Notes: a model not told the origin generated them from the letters alone. Numbered from the stretch's first letter, positions 9,949-20,483 are shown. The stretch: 64,000 nucleotides of DNA from Nitrospinaceae bacterium (GCA_965237905.1 OZ250172.1:1504001-1568000), one strand, 5' to 3'. Numbers and translations: made by a program.

Positions 9949-12352
9949 TCCAAATGAACCTTTCCATATATTTTTTTAAGAACAAACTCCCGAAGGTAAC
10001 CAACAAAAAACTGAAACCGCTGATCACCAAACCCATCTTCATTCCTTCCGGCAGGTAATCGAATTCCAGTGTATGCTCACCGGGACCCAGTTGCACCGCG
10101 CGATAATAAAAATTGGCTGTTAATATCGGGCGTTCCTGGCCGTCCACCTTGACGGTCCACCCGGGAAAATACGAATCCATCAACACCAGAAATCCGTTTC
10201 CCTCCTGACGGGTCTTTACGGTGGCATGGTTGGGGCGGTAGGCCACCTGCTTCACCTCTCCTTGAAAATGATTCGATTCCTTGAAGTCCACTTTTTCGTT
10301 CAACAGAACTTCCTTGTGCGGATCGAAAGATTCATCGTCGTAGTAGACATTGAGCACGTGATTACCCTCTTCCGGCAGTCTCATTTTGGGAACGAGATAG
10401 GCCCGGGGAAGAGCCCCATTCAACACTTTGACACGGTCCGGAAAAATGACGGGATAGCCCCCCGAATAAGGCGTCAGCGTATCGCCATCAATCCAATATT
10501 TCACATTGCTCCGGGTTAAAATGCGCCTTCTTCTTTCGGGCTGACTTTTGGCAAACACCCGCATCCAGAGAAAATGATTGTTTGGCGTGAGGGCCAACCC
10601 GGTATACCCGTTGACATGCTCCAACCCGTACACCATTCCCGAATACGGCACCAAATGCTCCTTGCTGGCGATAATCTGCGCCAATCGGGTCGGACCCGCA
10701 GGATACATTAAAGGTCGGGGTTGCTGGTCGAGGTTTCCAGAATAAATTCGGTATTCCCCAAAAGATGGGCCCAGAATATCCAAAAGTATCGGTTTCTCTT
10801 CATAATACTTGCGGTCGATCAACGGCAGAAGCTTGATCCCTTTGACCGATAAATCCAAAAGGATCACCACCAGAACCAACACGACAAATGCGCCTTCCTT
10901 CATTCTGCCAAAATAAAACATGACATAGGCAAAACCGAAGGCCGCCAGCAGGCTCATGGAATATCCGGGACTGAGGTGCGGTTTCTCTAACGCCCCCAGC
11001 CCGATAACGCCGAATAAAACGATCACTATTGTGAGCACTGGATAAATTTTGATTCGACGTTCCCGCGTAGAGCGGATCATATAATCCAATCCATAGCCAG
11101 TCAGGAAAACGGCGGCGAAGGCTGATAGATATGTGTATTTTTCCGGGTAGCGGAATAGGCTCAAAAAGGGAACCGCTGGATAAAAAAACTGATAAACAGG
11201 ATTATCTTTTCCAAACGCAAGGAAAAGACCCAGGAAGAACACCGCGAGCCAAAAACCCACCGCCTTTTCCCGGCGAAATAGAAAACCGAATAAGACAAAA
11301 AACAAGCTGATCAATCCCATATAGATCGTATGCAACAGTCCGGAGTTTTGGGACGGTGAGCTTTTTGAAATTGGATTCGAAGGGCCGGCGGAATCGGCTT
11401 CGGATACAGAGGCAATCTCGCCGTCGAGCTTATTGCCATTCACATCAAATCCGGTCATGGAAGATAAAGGTTTGTCAAAGTAACCCTCATAATCGGGGGA
11501 AATCACCAGAGAAGATAATTTGTCCAGATCTATGGACCATTGGGTATGTTGTTCAAAACTCAACCCTCCGCTTCGAAAAGTATGCTTGACCATCTTTGCC
11601 GTGGGGACAAGCTGTAATGCCGATAGTCCCAGAGCCAGGATCACCGCCAATCCAAGAGAGGCCGTCATGCGGGCAATGCCGGGAAATCCCGGCGCCCTGG
11701 GCAGGAAATAAAGAGAATGCGCATACAACAGCAACATGGTCATGATGCTGATCTCCGGGCAGGCCGCCAATGTCTGGGTGGCTATTACCGCGATCAACCC
11801 GATAAAATAGCCGACGTGTTTTCGAACCCAAAATTGGTGAAACATCCAGAAGACCATCGGCAACCAGACCGCGGAAATGAAAAAGTTGCTGACCAAAGTG
11901 GAAGCCATAATGAATCCGCTCAACATACCCGTAATCCCGCAACACAACGCCGCCGCAAAAGAAAGGTTCCAAATCCGAGCCAACAGGTATGTAAAAATTC
12001 CCAGAATTATGAAATGCAGAACATAGAATAAATTCAGAGCATAGGTGGTGTCATCCAGAAAAAATAAAAGACTGGGAGGATAAAACACACCTGGGTGAAA
12101 GCTGGCCATAAAGGGCATTCCTCCATTGGCATGGGGAACCCAATAAGGAATCTCTCCTTGATTAAAAGTATGGCCAAGAAAATACCGGAGGGGATAAGTG
12201 ATCAGGTTGTAGTCGCGGTAAAAAATGACTTTCCCGTCAAACAACATGGGATAAAAAAAACACGCCGCAATCAACAACAGAATGACAACACCGAGGATTT
12301 CCACTCGAGCTTTGGAGTTGTCATAAATAGTTGGATTCTCGGAAGGCTGCAT
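9926..12352 (-). CDS. YfhO-family GT-C glycosyltransferase (paralogue 3, with Ser/Asp-rich loop insertion)
   Basis: IFYRDY, FRYPEK, LPRAY, YFPGWTVKVDG; overlaps paralogue 2 start by 23 nt. Confidence 0.85.
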   Translation of the reverse strand: MQPSENPTIYDNSKARVEILGVVILLLIAACFFYPMLFDGKVIFYRDYNLITYPLRYFLGHTFNQGEIPYWVPHANGGMPFMASFHPGVFYPPSLLFFLDDTTYALNLFYVLHFIILGIFTYLLARIWNLSFAAALCCGITGMLSGFIMASTLVSNFFISAVWLPMVFWMFHQFWVRKHVGYFIGLIAVIATQTLAACPEISIMTMLLLYAHSLYFLPRAPGFPGIARMTASLGLAVILALGLSALQLVPTAKMVKHTFRSGGLSFEQHTQWSIDLDKLSSLVISPDYEGYFDKPLSSMTGFDVNGNKLDGEIASVSEADSAGPSNPISKSSPSQNSGLLHTIYMGLISLFFVLFGFLFRREKAVGFWLAVFFLGLFLAFGKDNPVYQFFYPAVPFLSLFRYPEKYTYLSAFAAVFLTGYGLDYMIRSTRERRIKIYPVLTIVIVLFGVIGLGALEKPHLSPGYSMSLLAAFGFAYVMFYFGRMKEGAFVVLVLVVILLDLSVKGIKLLPLIDRKYYEEKPILLDILGPSFGEYRIYSGNLDQQPRPLMYPAGPTRLAQIIASKEHLVPYSGMVYGLEHVNGYTGLALTPNNHFLWMRVFAKSQPERRRRILTRSNVKYWIDGDTLTPYSGGYPVIFPDRVKVLNGALPRAYLVPKMRLPEEGNHVLNVYYDDESFDPHKEVLLNEKVDFKESNHFQGEVKQVAYRPNHATVKTRQEGNGFLVLMDSYFPGWTVKVDGQERPILTANFYYRAVQLGPGEHTLEFDYLPEGMKMGLVISGFSFLLVTFGSLFLKKYMERFIWNAKDTAS

Positions 12353-12442
12353 ATTTTATAAATTCTGGAGGGTGCCGGTTCATCCGCAGACTTTTAATTC
12401 ATCCTCAATGGTTAACGCCCAGGCCACCGGAACCCCGGTCAT

Positions 12443-13393
12443 TTACCCTTTGAGATTGCGGTTGTATCCCATGTCAAATAGCATGGCGAACAATAGGAAC
12501 AGCAAACCCATCAAGGTGAGGAAGGCAGCGAACAATGCGGTTATGGGAGTCACTTGCCCGATAAAAATGCGGTAGAAGAAATAATATATTCCCATACCGG
12601 ATCCCAATGGGAAAGCAATAAATCCCATGACATAAAAAAATACCAGGGGATGAAAATCCCGGATGACGTACTTACCAAACATCCTGCTGAAAAATCCTTT
12701 AAAGAGCAAAAATGAAATATCGGGAATTACTTTATACAGACGTATTCCGGATTGCTCCCCCACCCCATAGACCGGGCGAATAGGCACGTCCACCACTCGC
12801 ATATTCTCAATATTGAGCTTTACCAGAATATCGTTGGGCACTCCATAGCGCTGAAAAATTTTATCAATATTGATACATTTGAGTGCCTTCAAAGAAATGG
12901 CGGTAAACCCGCATTGGGAATCCGCCACATGCCAATATCCGCCGGCGATTTTTGTCATGAGGGAAAGAATAGCATTGCCGATATATCGATTATGCGGAAT
13001 CAATTCCCACGCTTCGCCATGAAACAGGCGGTTGCCCTTCGAGTAATCGGCGATATCTGTCGCAACGGGATCGACAATGTGAGGCAAATCGTCGGGATGC
13101 ATCTGAGCGTCACCGTTCATGACCACAGTAATATCTATATTGTTTTCCAAGCATACTCGATAACCTGATTGAATGGCTCCGCCCACTCCACGGTTCTCCG
13201 CATGACGGATCAGATCCACTCTGCCGTCTACCTTCACATATTGCTCAACGATTTCGGCTGTTTTATCATCACTGCGATCGTCGATCACAAACACTTTGTC
13301 GACCCAATGCGGCAAGGTCTCGAGTACCTTGATGACCAACTTCTCTTCGTTATGCGCAGTTACCACGACGGCAACCGATTTATTTTTATACAT
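12443..13393 (-). CDS. GT2 glycosyltransferase, DPM1/polyprenol-phosphate glycosyltransferase-like, two C-terminal TM helices
   Basis: VVTAHNEE, IDDRSDDKT, NRGVGGAI, MNGDAQ, KGNR, DSQCGF; start at MYKNKS (13393). Confidence 0.88.
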   Translation of the reverse strand: MYKNKSVAVVVTAHNEEKLVIKVLETLPHWVDKVFVIDDRSDDKTAEIVEQYVKVDGRVDLIRHAENRGVGGAIQSGYRVCLENNIDITVVMNGDAQMHPDDLPHIVDPVATDIADYSKGNRLFHGEAWELIPHNRYIGNAILSLMTKIAGGYWHVADSQCGFTAISLKALKCINIDKIFQRYGVPNDILVKLNIENMRVVDVPIRPVYGVGEQSGIRLYKVIPDISFLLFKGFFSRMFGKYVIRDFHPLVFFYVMGFIAFPLGSGMGIYYFFYRIFIGQVTPITALFAAFLTLMGLLFLLFAMLFDMGYNRNLKG

Positions 13394-13532
13394 GGCTTTT
13401 TGGATTTCTAAGAAGATATTAGATTGGCTGAAAAATATAAAACCCTTCCTTATTATAGTAACGAATCCATAGAACAAAAAAAGGGTTTTTTAATGACATT
13501 CATGGATCCGGCCCCCGCCCAGAGCCCTTCTC

Positions 13533-15845
13533 CTATTTACCCTGAACCGGGCTCGCCTGCCGCCATCTCCACAGAGGCAAAGCCATCAGGAAAACGCCTA
13601 CGAAGGAGCTGACTATCAGACCCGCCTTGAACCCTTCCGGAAAATAATCAAACTCCAGAGTATGAGACCCTGAATCCAGTTGAACTGCCCGGTAAAAATG
13701 ATTGGCCCTTAAAATAGGTTTTTCTTCACCGTCTACTTTGACGGTCCAGCCTGGGAAATAGGAGTCCATCAACACCAGAAACCCACTGCCCTGCTGGACG
13801 GTTTTAACCGTGACGTGGTTGGGGCGGTAGGCCACCTCTTCGACAGTTCCATTGAAATGAGAAGACGGCTCAAAATTGACCGGCTGGCTGAAAAGAACTT
13901 CCGACAGCGGATTGAAGGATTCATCATAATAGGTGTTGAGTATTTTGGACTCTTCTTCTAATTTGATCCGGCCCACCATGTAAGCCCGGGGAAGAACATC
14001 CTCCCATATCTTGACCCGGTCCGGCAGAATTACCGGGACGCCCCGGACACTGAAGCGAGTTAAAGAGTCCCAGTCAATCCAGTATTTCACGTTACTGCGT
14101 TTTAAAATCCGAAACCGCTTATCCGGAGGAGCATCGATCAATGCGTAAAACCATACCAGATGTTTTCTTAATTCGAGACCCAAACCCGGGTGTCCCCCCG
14201 CATGCTCCACCCCCAGAACCATTCCGGTAAAGGGCCGCAGATATTGTTTCGCTAAAAATAATTCGTCCATCCAGGTGGGTCCGGGAGGATTCATGTCAGG
14301 ATTCGGTGTCTTTGCAATCCAACCTGAATAGATCCTGTATTTTCCAAATGAATCTCCTACAGTATCCATGACCAGTGGTTTTTCTTCATAAAACGTTCGG
14401 TCAATCATAGGCAGAAGCCGCAAATCCTTTGCGCTCAAATCCAATAAAATCAGTAGACATACCACAGCGCCAAACACCGATTGACTTAATTTTCTGTAAT
14501 GAAACATCACCAGGGAACAACCAAAGATCAGCAGAACAACCAAAGGCAACTTTGGATCAAGATACGAGTGCCCCATTGCAAGGCTCAGGGTTACTCCAAA
14601 CAAAAAAATCAGAACGGTCAAAACCGGAATAATTTTTAACTGGCGTTTCTCGACATGCTGGATGAGAGCATCCAAAATATAACCTGAAAGAAAAACAGCC
14701 GCGAAAGAGGATATAAAAAAATACTTTTCAGGAAAGCGAAACAAATTCAGTAAAGGAACCCAGGGATACATCACTTCATAGATTGGATTGAATTTTCCAA
14801 ACGACAGGAATAGACCCAATAAAAAAACCACAAACCAAAATCCGATAGGTTTCTCACGGCGGAAAATAAACCCAAGCAGAATAAAAGCCAAACCCAATAC
14901 ACCCATATAAATCGTGTGAAGAAAGCCTGAAAACCACGACGGATAATCGCGGGTGTCCAACAGCCCCCCATAATCTGGAGACAACAGCAGGGTGGCCAAC
15001 TTGGCCGGCTCCAGAGACGATTGCGTATGGTTCTCAAAAGTCAGCCCGGTATCCCTTAAGGAATGCTCCATGAGTTTGGCTGTGGGAATCAATTGCAGGG
15101 CGGCAAAGCCCAGAGCCAGGATCACGGCTAATCCCAGGGAAGCTGTCATGCGCGCAACGCCGGGAATCCCCGGCGCCCTGGGCAGGAAGTAGAGCGAATG
15201 GGCATACAGCAGTATCATAGTCATAATACTGATTTCCGGGGATGCCGCCAGCGTCTGAGCGGCAATGGCCACCACCAATCCAATAAAGTAACCGATATGA
15301 TTACGCATCCAGAATTTGTGGAACAGCCAAAACACCATGGGCAACCAAACCGCGGCCATAAAAAAATTACTGAGCAGGGTGGAAGCAACTATAAACCCGC
15401 TCAACATCCCCGTAATCCCGCAACATAACGCCGACACAAAAGAAATGCCCCAGCTTCGGGCCAACAGAAATGAAAAAGAACCAAGAATCAAAAAATGAAC
15501 AACATAGAACAAGTTGAGCGCCAGCACAGTATCTTTTAATAAGAATAGAATTCCCGGAGGGTAAAACACGCCCGCATGAAACCCCGCCATAAACGGCATT
15601 CCGGCGTATACATTGGAATTCCAGTAGGGGATCGCCCCTTCTTGAAAAGTCTGAGCAAGAAAAAATTTAAACGGGAAGGTGACAAAAGTAAAATCGCGGT
15701 AGAACATCACCTTATCCCCAAACAGCATAGGAGAAAAGAAAGTTACCGCGATCGCAAACAATATAAAAATGCCAAGACCATTTTTTTCAGGTCCAAAAAT
15801 TCTCCGATTTACCTGAGCGTCGATTTCTCCCATATTGCTGATCAA
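13533..15845 (-). CDS. YfhO-family GT-C glycosyltransferase (paralogue 4)
   Basis: MFYRDF, PYW..AGMPF, FRFPEK, LPRAY, YFPGWTVKVDG; exact start uncertain. Confidence 0.85.
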   Translation of the reverse strand: MISNMGEIDAQVNRRIFGPEKNGLGIFILFAIAVTFFSPMLFGDKVMFYRDFTFVTFPFKFFLAQTFQEGAIPYWNSNVYAGMPFMAGFHAGVFYPPGILFLLKDTVLALNLFYVVHFLILGSFSFLLARSWGISFVSALCCGITGMLSGFIVASTLLSNFFMAAVWLPMVFWLFHKFWMRNHIGYFIGLVVAIAAQTLAASPEISIMTMILLYAHSLYFLPRAPGIPGVARMTASLGLAVILALGFAALQLIPTAKLMEHSLRDTGLTFENHTQSSLEPAKLATLLLSPDYGGLLDTRDYPSWFSGFLHTIYMGVLGLAFILLGFIFRREKPIGFWFVVFLLGLFLSFGKFNPIYEVMYPWVPLLNLFRFPEKYFFISSFAAVFLSGYILDALIQHVEKRQLKIIPVLTVLIFLFGVTLSLAMGHSYLDPKLPLVVLLIFGCSLVMFHYRKLSQSVFGAVVCLLILLDLSAKDLRLLPMIDRTFYEEKPLVMDTVGDSFGKYRIYSGWIAKTPNPDMNPPGPTWMDELFLAKQYLRPFTGMVLGVEHAGGHPGLGLELRKHLVWFYALIDAPPDKRFRILKRSNVKYWIDWDSLTRFSVRGVPVILPDRVKIWEDVLPRAYMVGRIKLEEESKILNTYYDESFNPLSEVLFSQPVNFEPSSHFNGTVEEVAYRPNHVTVKTVQQGSGFLVLMDSYFPGWTVKVDGEEKPILRANHFYRAVQLDSGSHTLEFDYFPEGFKAGLIVSSFVGVFLMALPLWRWRQASPVQGK

Positions 15846-18136
15846 ACAGACCTTTTCAAATATTTTCCCCAGAGTAGGCCCCCGAGGGTGAGTAGTAATA
15901 AACTGATCCCGCTAATCACCAAACCCAACTTTAATCCTTCCGGGAAATATTCAAATTCCAGAGTATGCTCACCCGGACCCAACTGCACCGCCCGGTAAAA
16001 ATGATTGGCTTTTAGAATAGGTTTTTCTTCACCGTCCACCTTGACCGTCCAGCCCGGAAAATAGGAATCCAATAAAACCAAAAACCCATTGCCTTCCTGA
16101 CGGGTTTTAACTGTAACGTGATTGGGGCGATACCTCACCTGTTCGACTTTACCATTAAAATTGGGAGATGCATCGAATTTCACCGATTCACTTAGCAGGA
16201 CTTCCTTGAAGGGATCGAACGATGCATTATAATATGCGCTTAATATATGGCGATCTTTTTCAAGTCTCCGATTGGGCACCATGAAGGCGCGAGGCAGGGC
16301 GGCTTTCAATATCTTTAACCTGTCTGGCAGAATGATCGGACGACCTTCGGAAAACATCGTGGGGCTATCTCCATCAATCCAATATTTCACATTACTTCTC
16401 TCCAAGATTCGGATCCTTTGAGCCGGGGAAGATTGATTAAGCCCTTCATTCCAAATCCAGGGATTCTTTAACTCCAAACCTATACCCAAAATACCGTTGG
16501 GATATTCCACACCAAAAATCATCCCATAATAGGGATAAAGATGTTCCCTGGCCGCATAATACCCTCCCTTAATATTAGGCTCGTTTGGAAATCCTTTAAA
16601 TATCTGAGTGTGTATTTTGCCTGTATAAACGCGAAAATGCTCATTTTCACTTTTAATATGCGCCAGCAACTTGGGCTGTGTTTGATAAAAATCGTTGCCC
16701 ACTGTCGGAATCACCTTATAACCCTGTGTCGCCAAATCCAGCCCTAACAACAATAAAATAGACGCATAAAATAAATTTCCCCCCAACTTTCCAAAATAAA
16801 ACAGCAAATAGATTCCACCAAAGACAAGGAGCGTGATGAATGACCCGGTCGCGTTTTTTTCAGGTTGAACGACAGACGCGACTACAACCATACCCAAAAC
16901 CAGAATCAGGGGCAGTAACACCGAACGTAATTTTATTTCCCGCTTCTGAGTCGCCGTAACCAGTATATCCAAAACATGGCCTGTCAAAAATACCAAAGCA
17001 AAAACAGAAAGATTAAAGAACTTCTCTGGAAACCGAAACAAATCCATTAAAGGAATCCACGAATAGATCCACTTATAAATCGGGTTGTGAGACCCTGACG
17101 CCAGAAAAATGCCAATCAAAAATACCCATAACCAAAATTGAACCGCTTTTTGTTGACGAAATTTAATGGCCACAATCAAAAAAAGGAATGGAATGAGGCC
17201 CATGTAGATACTTATAAAAAATGTGGTGATTCTGCCTCGGGGTCCGCTACCGGAAAAGTATTCATCAAAATTATTCGGCACTATGAGTTCGCCTAACTGC
17301 TTGAAGGCCATGGACCGGTATGAGTGGACCTCGAAAGACAATCCTCCTTCCCTTAAAGAAAGCTCAATCAATTGATAAGTGGGTATCAATTGTAAAGCCG
17401 ATGCCCCCAATGCCAGGATCACCAGGGCGGCTAACGCCGTTATTCGACCAGTCAGAGAAAGCGAAAATTGTTCTTTGGGAACCAAAATCAGGGAATGAGC
17501 CAGGAGCAATAATACCGTCAGAATACATAGCTCAGGGCTGGCGGCCAGAATTTGGCAAACCAAGGCAAGGGTTGCCGCGATAAAATACAGCGCTTTTTTT
17601 TCAATAACAAATTTTTGAAAAAGAAGGAATATTAAGGGTAACCAGACTACCGCCAAAAACCAATTACTGAGCATGGTGGAGGATAGGAAAAAACTGCTCA
17701 ATAAAGCCGTGAGAGAGGAACACAACGCCGCCGGCACAGAAAGCTCCCAACTTCTGGCCAAATAGTAAATGGGTATTATCAAAATAATAAAATGAAATAT
17801 ATAAAATATATTTAATGCAAGGGTGGAATTCGGCAGGGAAAAGATAATGCTGGGCGGATAAAAAACTCCTGTGTGAAAGGCCGCCATAAAAGGAGTTCCC
17901 GAATCAATTGACGGCGTCCAAAAAGGCAGGGCGCCCGACTGAAACGTCTGAGCAAGGAATGATTTAATGGGATAGGTTATAAATGAAAAATCGCTATAGT
18001 ACAGACTCCTTCCAAAAAATAAAATGGGGCTGAAAAAAACAACCAAACAAAGTAGTAGTATAAAAATACCCAGGCTGTCTTCTGACCAAACTTGGCTTTT
18101 TTTACCGAAATTGATCTTCAGAAAACCACTCTTCAT
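15842..18136 (-). CDS. YfhO-family GT-C glycosyltransferase (paralogue 5, most divergent)
   Basis: LYYSDF, PFW..SGTPF, FRFPEK, LPRAF, YFPGWTVKVDG. Confidence 0.85.
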   Translation of the reverse strand: MKSGFLKINFGKKSQVWSEDSLGIFILLLCLVVFFSPILFFGRSLYYSDFSFITYPIKSFLAQTFQSGALPFWTPSIDSGTPFMAAFHTGVFYPPSIIFSLPNSTLALNIFYIFHFIILIIPIYYLARSWELSVPAALCSSLTALLSSFFLSSTMLSNWFLAVVWLPLIFLLFQKFVIEKKALYFIAATLALVCQILAASPELCILTVLLLLAHSLILVPKEQFSLSLTGRITALAALVILALGASALQLIPTYQLIELSLREGGLSFEVHSYRSMAFKQLGELIVPNNFDEYFSGSGPRGRITTFFISIYMGLIPFLFLIVAIKFRQQKAVQFWLWVFLIGIFLASGSHNPIYKWIYSWIPLMDLFRFPEKFFNLSVFALVFLTGHVLDILVTATQKREIKLRSVLLPLILVLGMVVVASVVQPEKNATGSFITLLVFGGIYLLFYFGKLGGNLFYASILLLLGLDLATQGYKVIPTVGNDFYQTQPKLLAHIKSENEHFRVYTGKIHTQIFKGFPNEPNIKGGYYAAREHLYPYYGMIFGVEYPNGILGIGLELKNPWIWNEGLNQSSPAQRIRILERSNVKYWIDGDSPTMFSEGRPIILPDRLKILKAALPRAFMVPNRRLEKDRHILSAYYNASFDPFKEVLLSESVKFDASPNFNGKVEQVRYRPNHVTVKTRQEGNGFLVLLDSYFPGWTVKVDGEEKPILKANHFYRAVQLGPGEHTLEFEYFPEGLKLGLVISGISLLLLTLGGLLWGKYLKRSV

Positions 18137-18218
18137 AAAGTTAACTCTTCCAGAACAAAAGGGTCAATCTCTCAAGTTTTAGTTGTAATTGATGTCAAAC
18201 AGCATAGCCAGCGATTTT

Positions 18219-20483
18219 CTATTTATTTTGATTCAACTCCTTCGCAAGAGCCATCAGTTCCCGGACATTGGAGATATAACTTTGAGTCTTCAGGAAAGCG
18301 GCTTGGGCCGATGGATTCATTTTCAAATCCCTAAGAGTTTTAGCTATTTCCAGATGCACCCGAAAAGACCGCGGATTAAGTTGTTCCGCCTGCCGGAATG
18401 AATCCAATGCCACTTGTAATTGCCCCTGAGCTCTGTAAAGCAAGCCCTTTCCCAACCACGCCTCAAAGCTTTCCGGAATCTTTTCTGTGATCTGGTCCAG
18501 CAGTATTTTCGCCTTCTCCAAACGACGATCGGCAATCAAATTATCCAGATACTGAAATATCCATTGCGGATTACTATGTTGCCCCAGGAATTTCCCTATC
18601 ATCGTGAGCACTTCCCGCTCCAATTCATATTGTCCCGTATCATGAAAATAATCCCGCATTGAATAAATCCAGACTTTCGGGTTATTCAGCCAATCCAAAT
18701 CGCGGCCGCTATTCGGTCTTGAAAGCTCCGCTTCCAACAAACTTTTAAACTCCTCCCAGGACCGCTGGTGTGAAAATTCATTACCCGTGAAAGAAGAAAC
18801 TGGAGAACCATATTGCAGTAAAATATTGCGATAGGGTTGCCAGCGGGAAGTAAATTTTGTTTGTTCGTATATAACCGAGTTTTGCTCCATCACCACTGGA
18901 GTCAAAACAGCATTTTTCTCAAGAAATTCCTGAGTATAGTCGGAAATACCCTCGAGGGATTTAAAATCATGTTTTTCATTATCAGGTAAAAAAAGATTTG
19001 GGTATCTTTTTGAAGTCAGCAGACCGGTACGGTGCGGGGAAATGAGGTCCCACACAGTCACTGCCGTCACATCATCCCTGAGGCGGCGCACATCCTGATT
19101 ATAATTGTAAAAAAACCAGGACAGACCGCTAACGAACACGGCCCGGTCAGGAAGGGTCAAGTACACCTGGCGGGTAAACGTTTCCGAAAGATGGTTCCAG
19201 GAATGATCAACTCTCACATAATTGTTCTTAATCATCGTCCAGGGAATAGCTAGGCTGATAAGCAGTAAAGCCACTCTTCCCCAACGAATCCCAAGAGGCC
19301 CGGGTTTATTGAGTATAATTTTTTCGAGGGATTCATCGGAAGGGTTAGGGGTCCGGGATTTCCACCACCGGGTAAATAGTATCTGGTAAAGAAACAGCGC
19401 TGTAAACAGGGAAACAATGACATAAGAAGGCAAAAAGGCCTCCCCCCGCCACGATGTAAAAAAGACGATATTGGTCCCTACAATCACCGCGCAAAAGAGA
19501 AAAAAAGGCAGACTTTTTCTAAAACAGATCACCGCTCCCGCCAAAAACCCGATCGCAGATACCAGGGAAAGGTTATGGTGGATATCCATTATGAAAACAG
19601 ATCCGATATGCCGGATTTTTGAAAACAGGCCAGCGATCCAACTCATTGCCGATTCCCGGGTTTCCGCTACCGTGGTGGCAACCGCTGCTGGCTGGTTTAA
19701 AATCTCAAAATGCGTGTGGGAATCCTTCTGATCCGTGATCTGAAATAAAAATCCCCGTAATGTCTCCGGGTTACCCCAATCAAAGGTCGGTTCCGTTAAG
19801 GAACGGATTGGCAAATACATGTAAATCGAAAAACCCAAAAGAAAAAACAGGACAGATAACGAGAGATGTCGCCATCGATTGTGCCGACACCAGAAAAGGA
19901 ACAAAATCAAAATGGCGGGAAGGTAAAAGGCCACCGTTCCATGATTCCCGGCGCTCAAACCATAAACCAGTGCCGCAGAATACAGATAACGGATGTCCTC
20001 CTTTTCTTTCCATTTCAAGAGACCCAATATGACTAAAACCGTAAACAGGGTATGCAGGGTGTACACTTCCGCCAGCATGGTGTTTCCCCAGAAGGGCATG
20101 CAAAAAGCCATAAAACCGACCGGCAATAATGAGGGCCATAAAAAAGAAGAGCCCGAATCCTCTGGCCCCGCCAGCACTCTCAAAAATGTGACCGAAGCCA
20201 TATAAAGAGCTAATAAAGCCAGACACGCCATCAGACTGGAGAAGAGATTGACCTTGAAGGGAATGGCCCCCATCGGGAAAAAAGTCACCGCCTTGGCCAT
20301 CAAATTATAGATGGGAAATCCGGCCGGGTGGCTGATACCCAGCGAAAAAGCGGTATTGACAAACTCCGGGGTATCTCTATAAAAAACGGTCGGGGAAAGA
20401 CTGGATAAATAAACGAACCAGGCAAGGACTAACAAACAAAAGATGGGAATATTTCTTGAATAGGCGGGATTCTCAGAGCACAT
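18219..20483 (-). CDS. DUF2723 / TMEM260-like GT-C protein O-glycosyltransferase with C-terminal TPRs
   Basis: PTVFYRDTPEF..LGISHPAGFPIY (cf. GDSGE..LGVAHPPGYP of the family), AEVYTL, GNH, YLPIRS..DWG, RDDV, C-terminal TPR helices. Confidence 0.85.
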   Translation of the reverse strand: MCSENPAYSRNIPIFCLLVLAWFVYLSSLSPTVFYRDTPEFVNTAFSLGISHPAGFPIYNLMAKAVTFFPMGAIPFKVNLFSSLMACLALLALYMASVTFLRVLAGPEDSGSSFLWPSLLPVGFMAFCMPFWGNTMLAEVYTLHTLFTVLVILGLLKWKEKEDIRYLYSAALVYGLSAGNHGTVAFYLPAILILFLFWCRHNRWRHLSLSVLFFLLGFSIYMYLPIRSLTEPTFDWGNPETLRGFLFQITDQKDSHTHFEILNQPAAVATTVAETRESAMSWIAGLFSKIRHIGSVFIMDIHHNLSLVSAIGFLAGAVICFRKSLPFFLFCAVIVGTNIVFFTSWRGEAFLPSYVIVSLFTALFLYQILFTRWWKSRTPNPSDESLEKIILNKPGPLGIRWGRVALLLISLAIPWTMIKNNYVRVDHSWNHLSETFTRQVYLTLPDRAVFVSGLSWFFYNYNQDVRRLRDDVTAVTVWDLISPHRTGLLTSKRYPNLFLPDNEKHDFKSLEGISDYTQEFLEKNAVLTPVVMEQNSVIYEQTKFTSRWQPYRNILLQYGSPVSSFTGNEFSHQRSWEEFKSLLEAELSRPNSGRDLDWLNNPKVWIYSMRDYFHDTGQYELEREVLTMIGKFLGQHSNPQWIFQYLDNLIADRRLEKAKILLDQITEKIPESFEAWLGKGLLYRAQGQLQVALDSFRQAEQLNPRSFRVHLEIAKTLRDLKMNPSAQAAFLKTQSYISNVRELMALAKELNQNK

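Noticed and set aside
5253..18136. Diversity-generating retroelement or CRISPR-like interpretation of the repeated 3' segments
   Set aside because: Repeats are the conserved C-terminal coding module of paralogues; no reverse transcriptase, adenine-specific mismatch pattern or repeat-spacer periodicity seen
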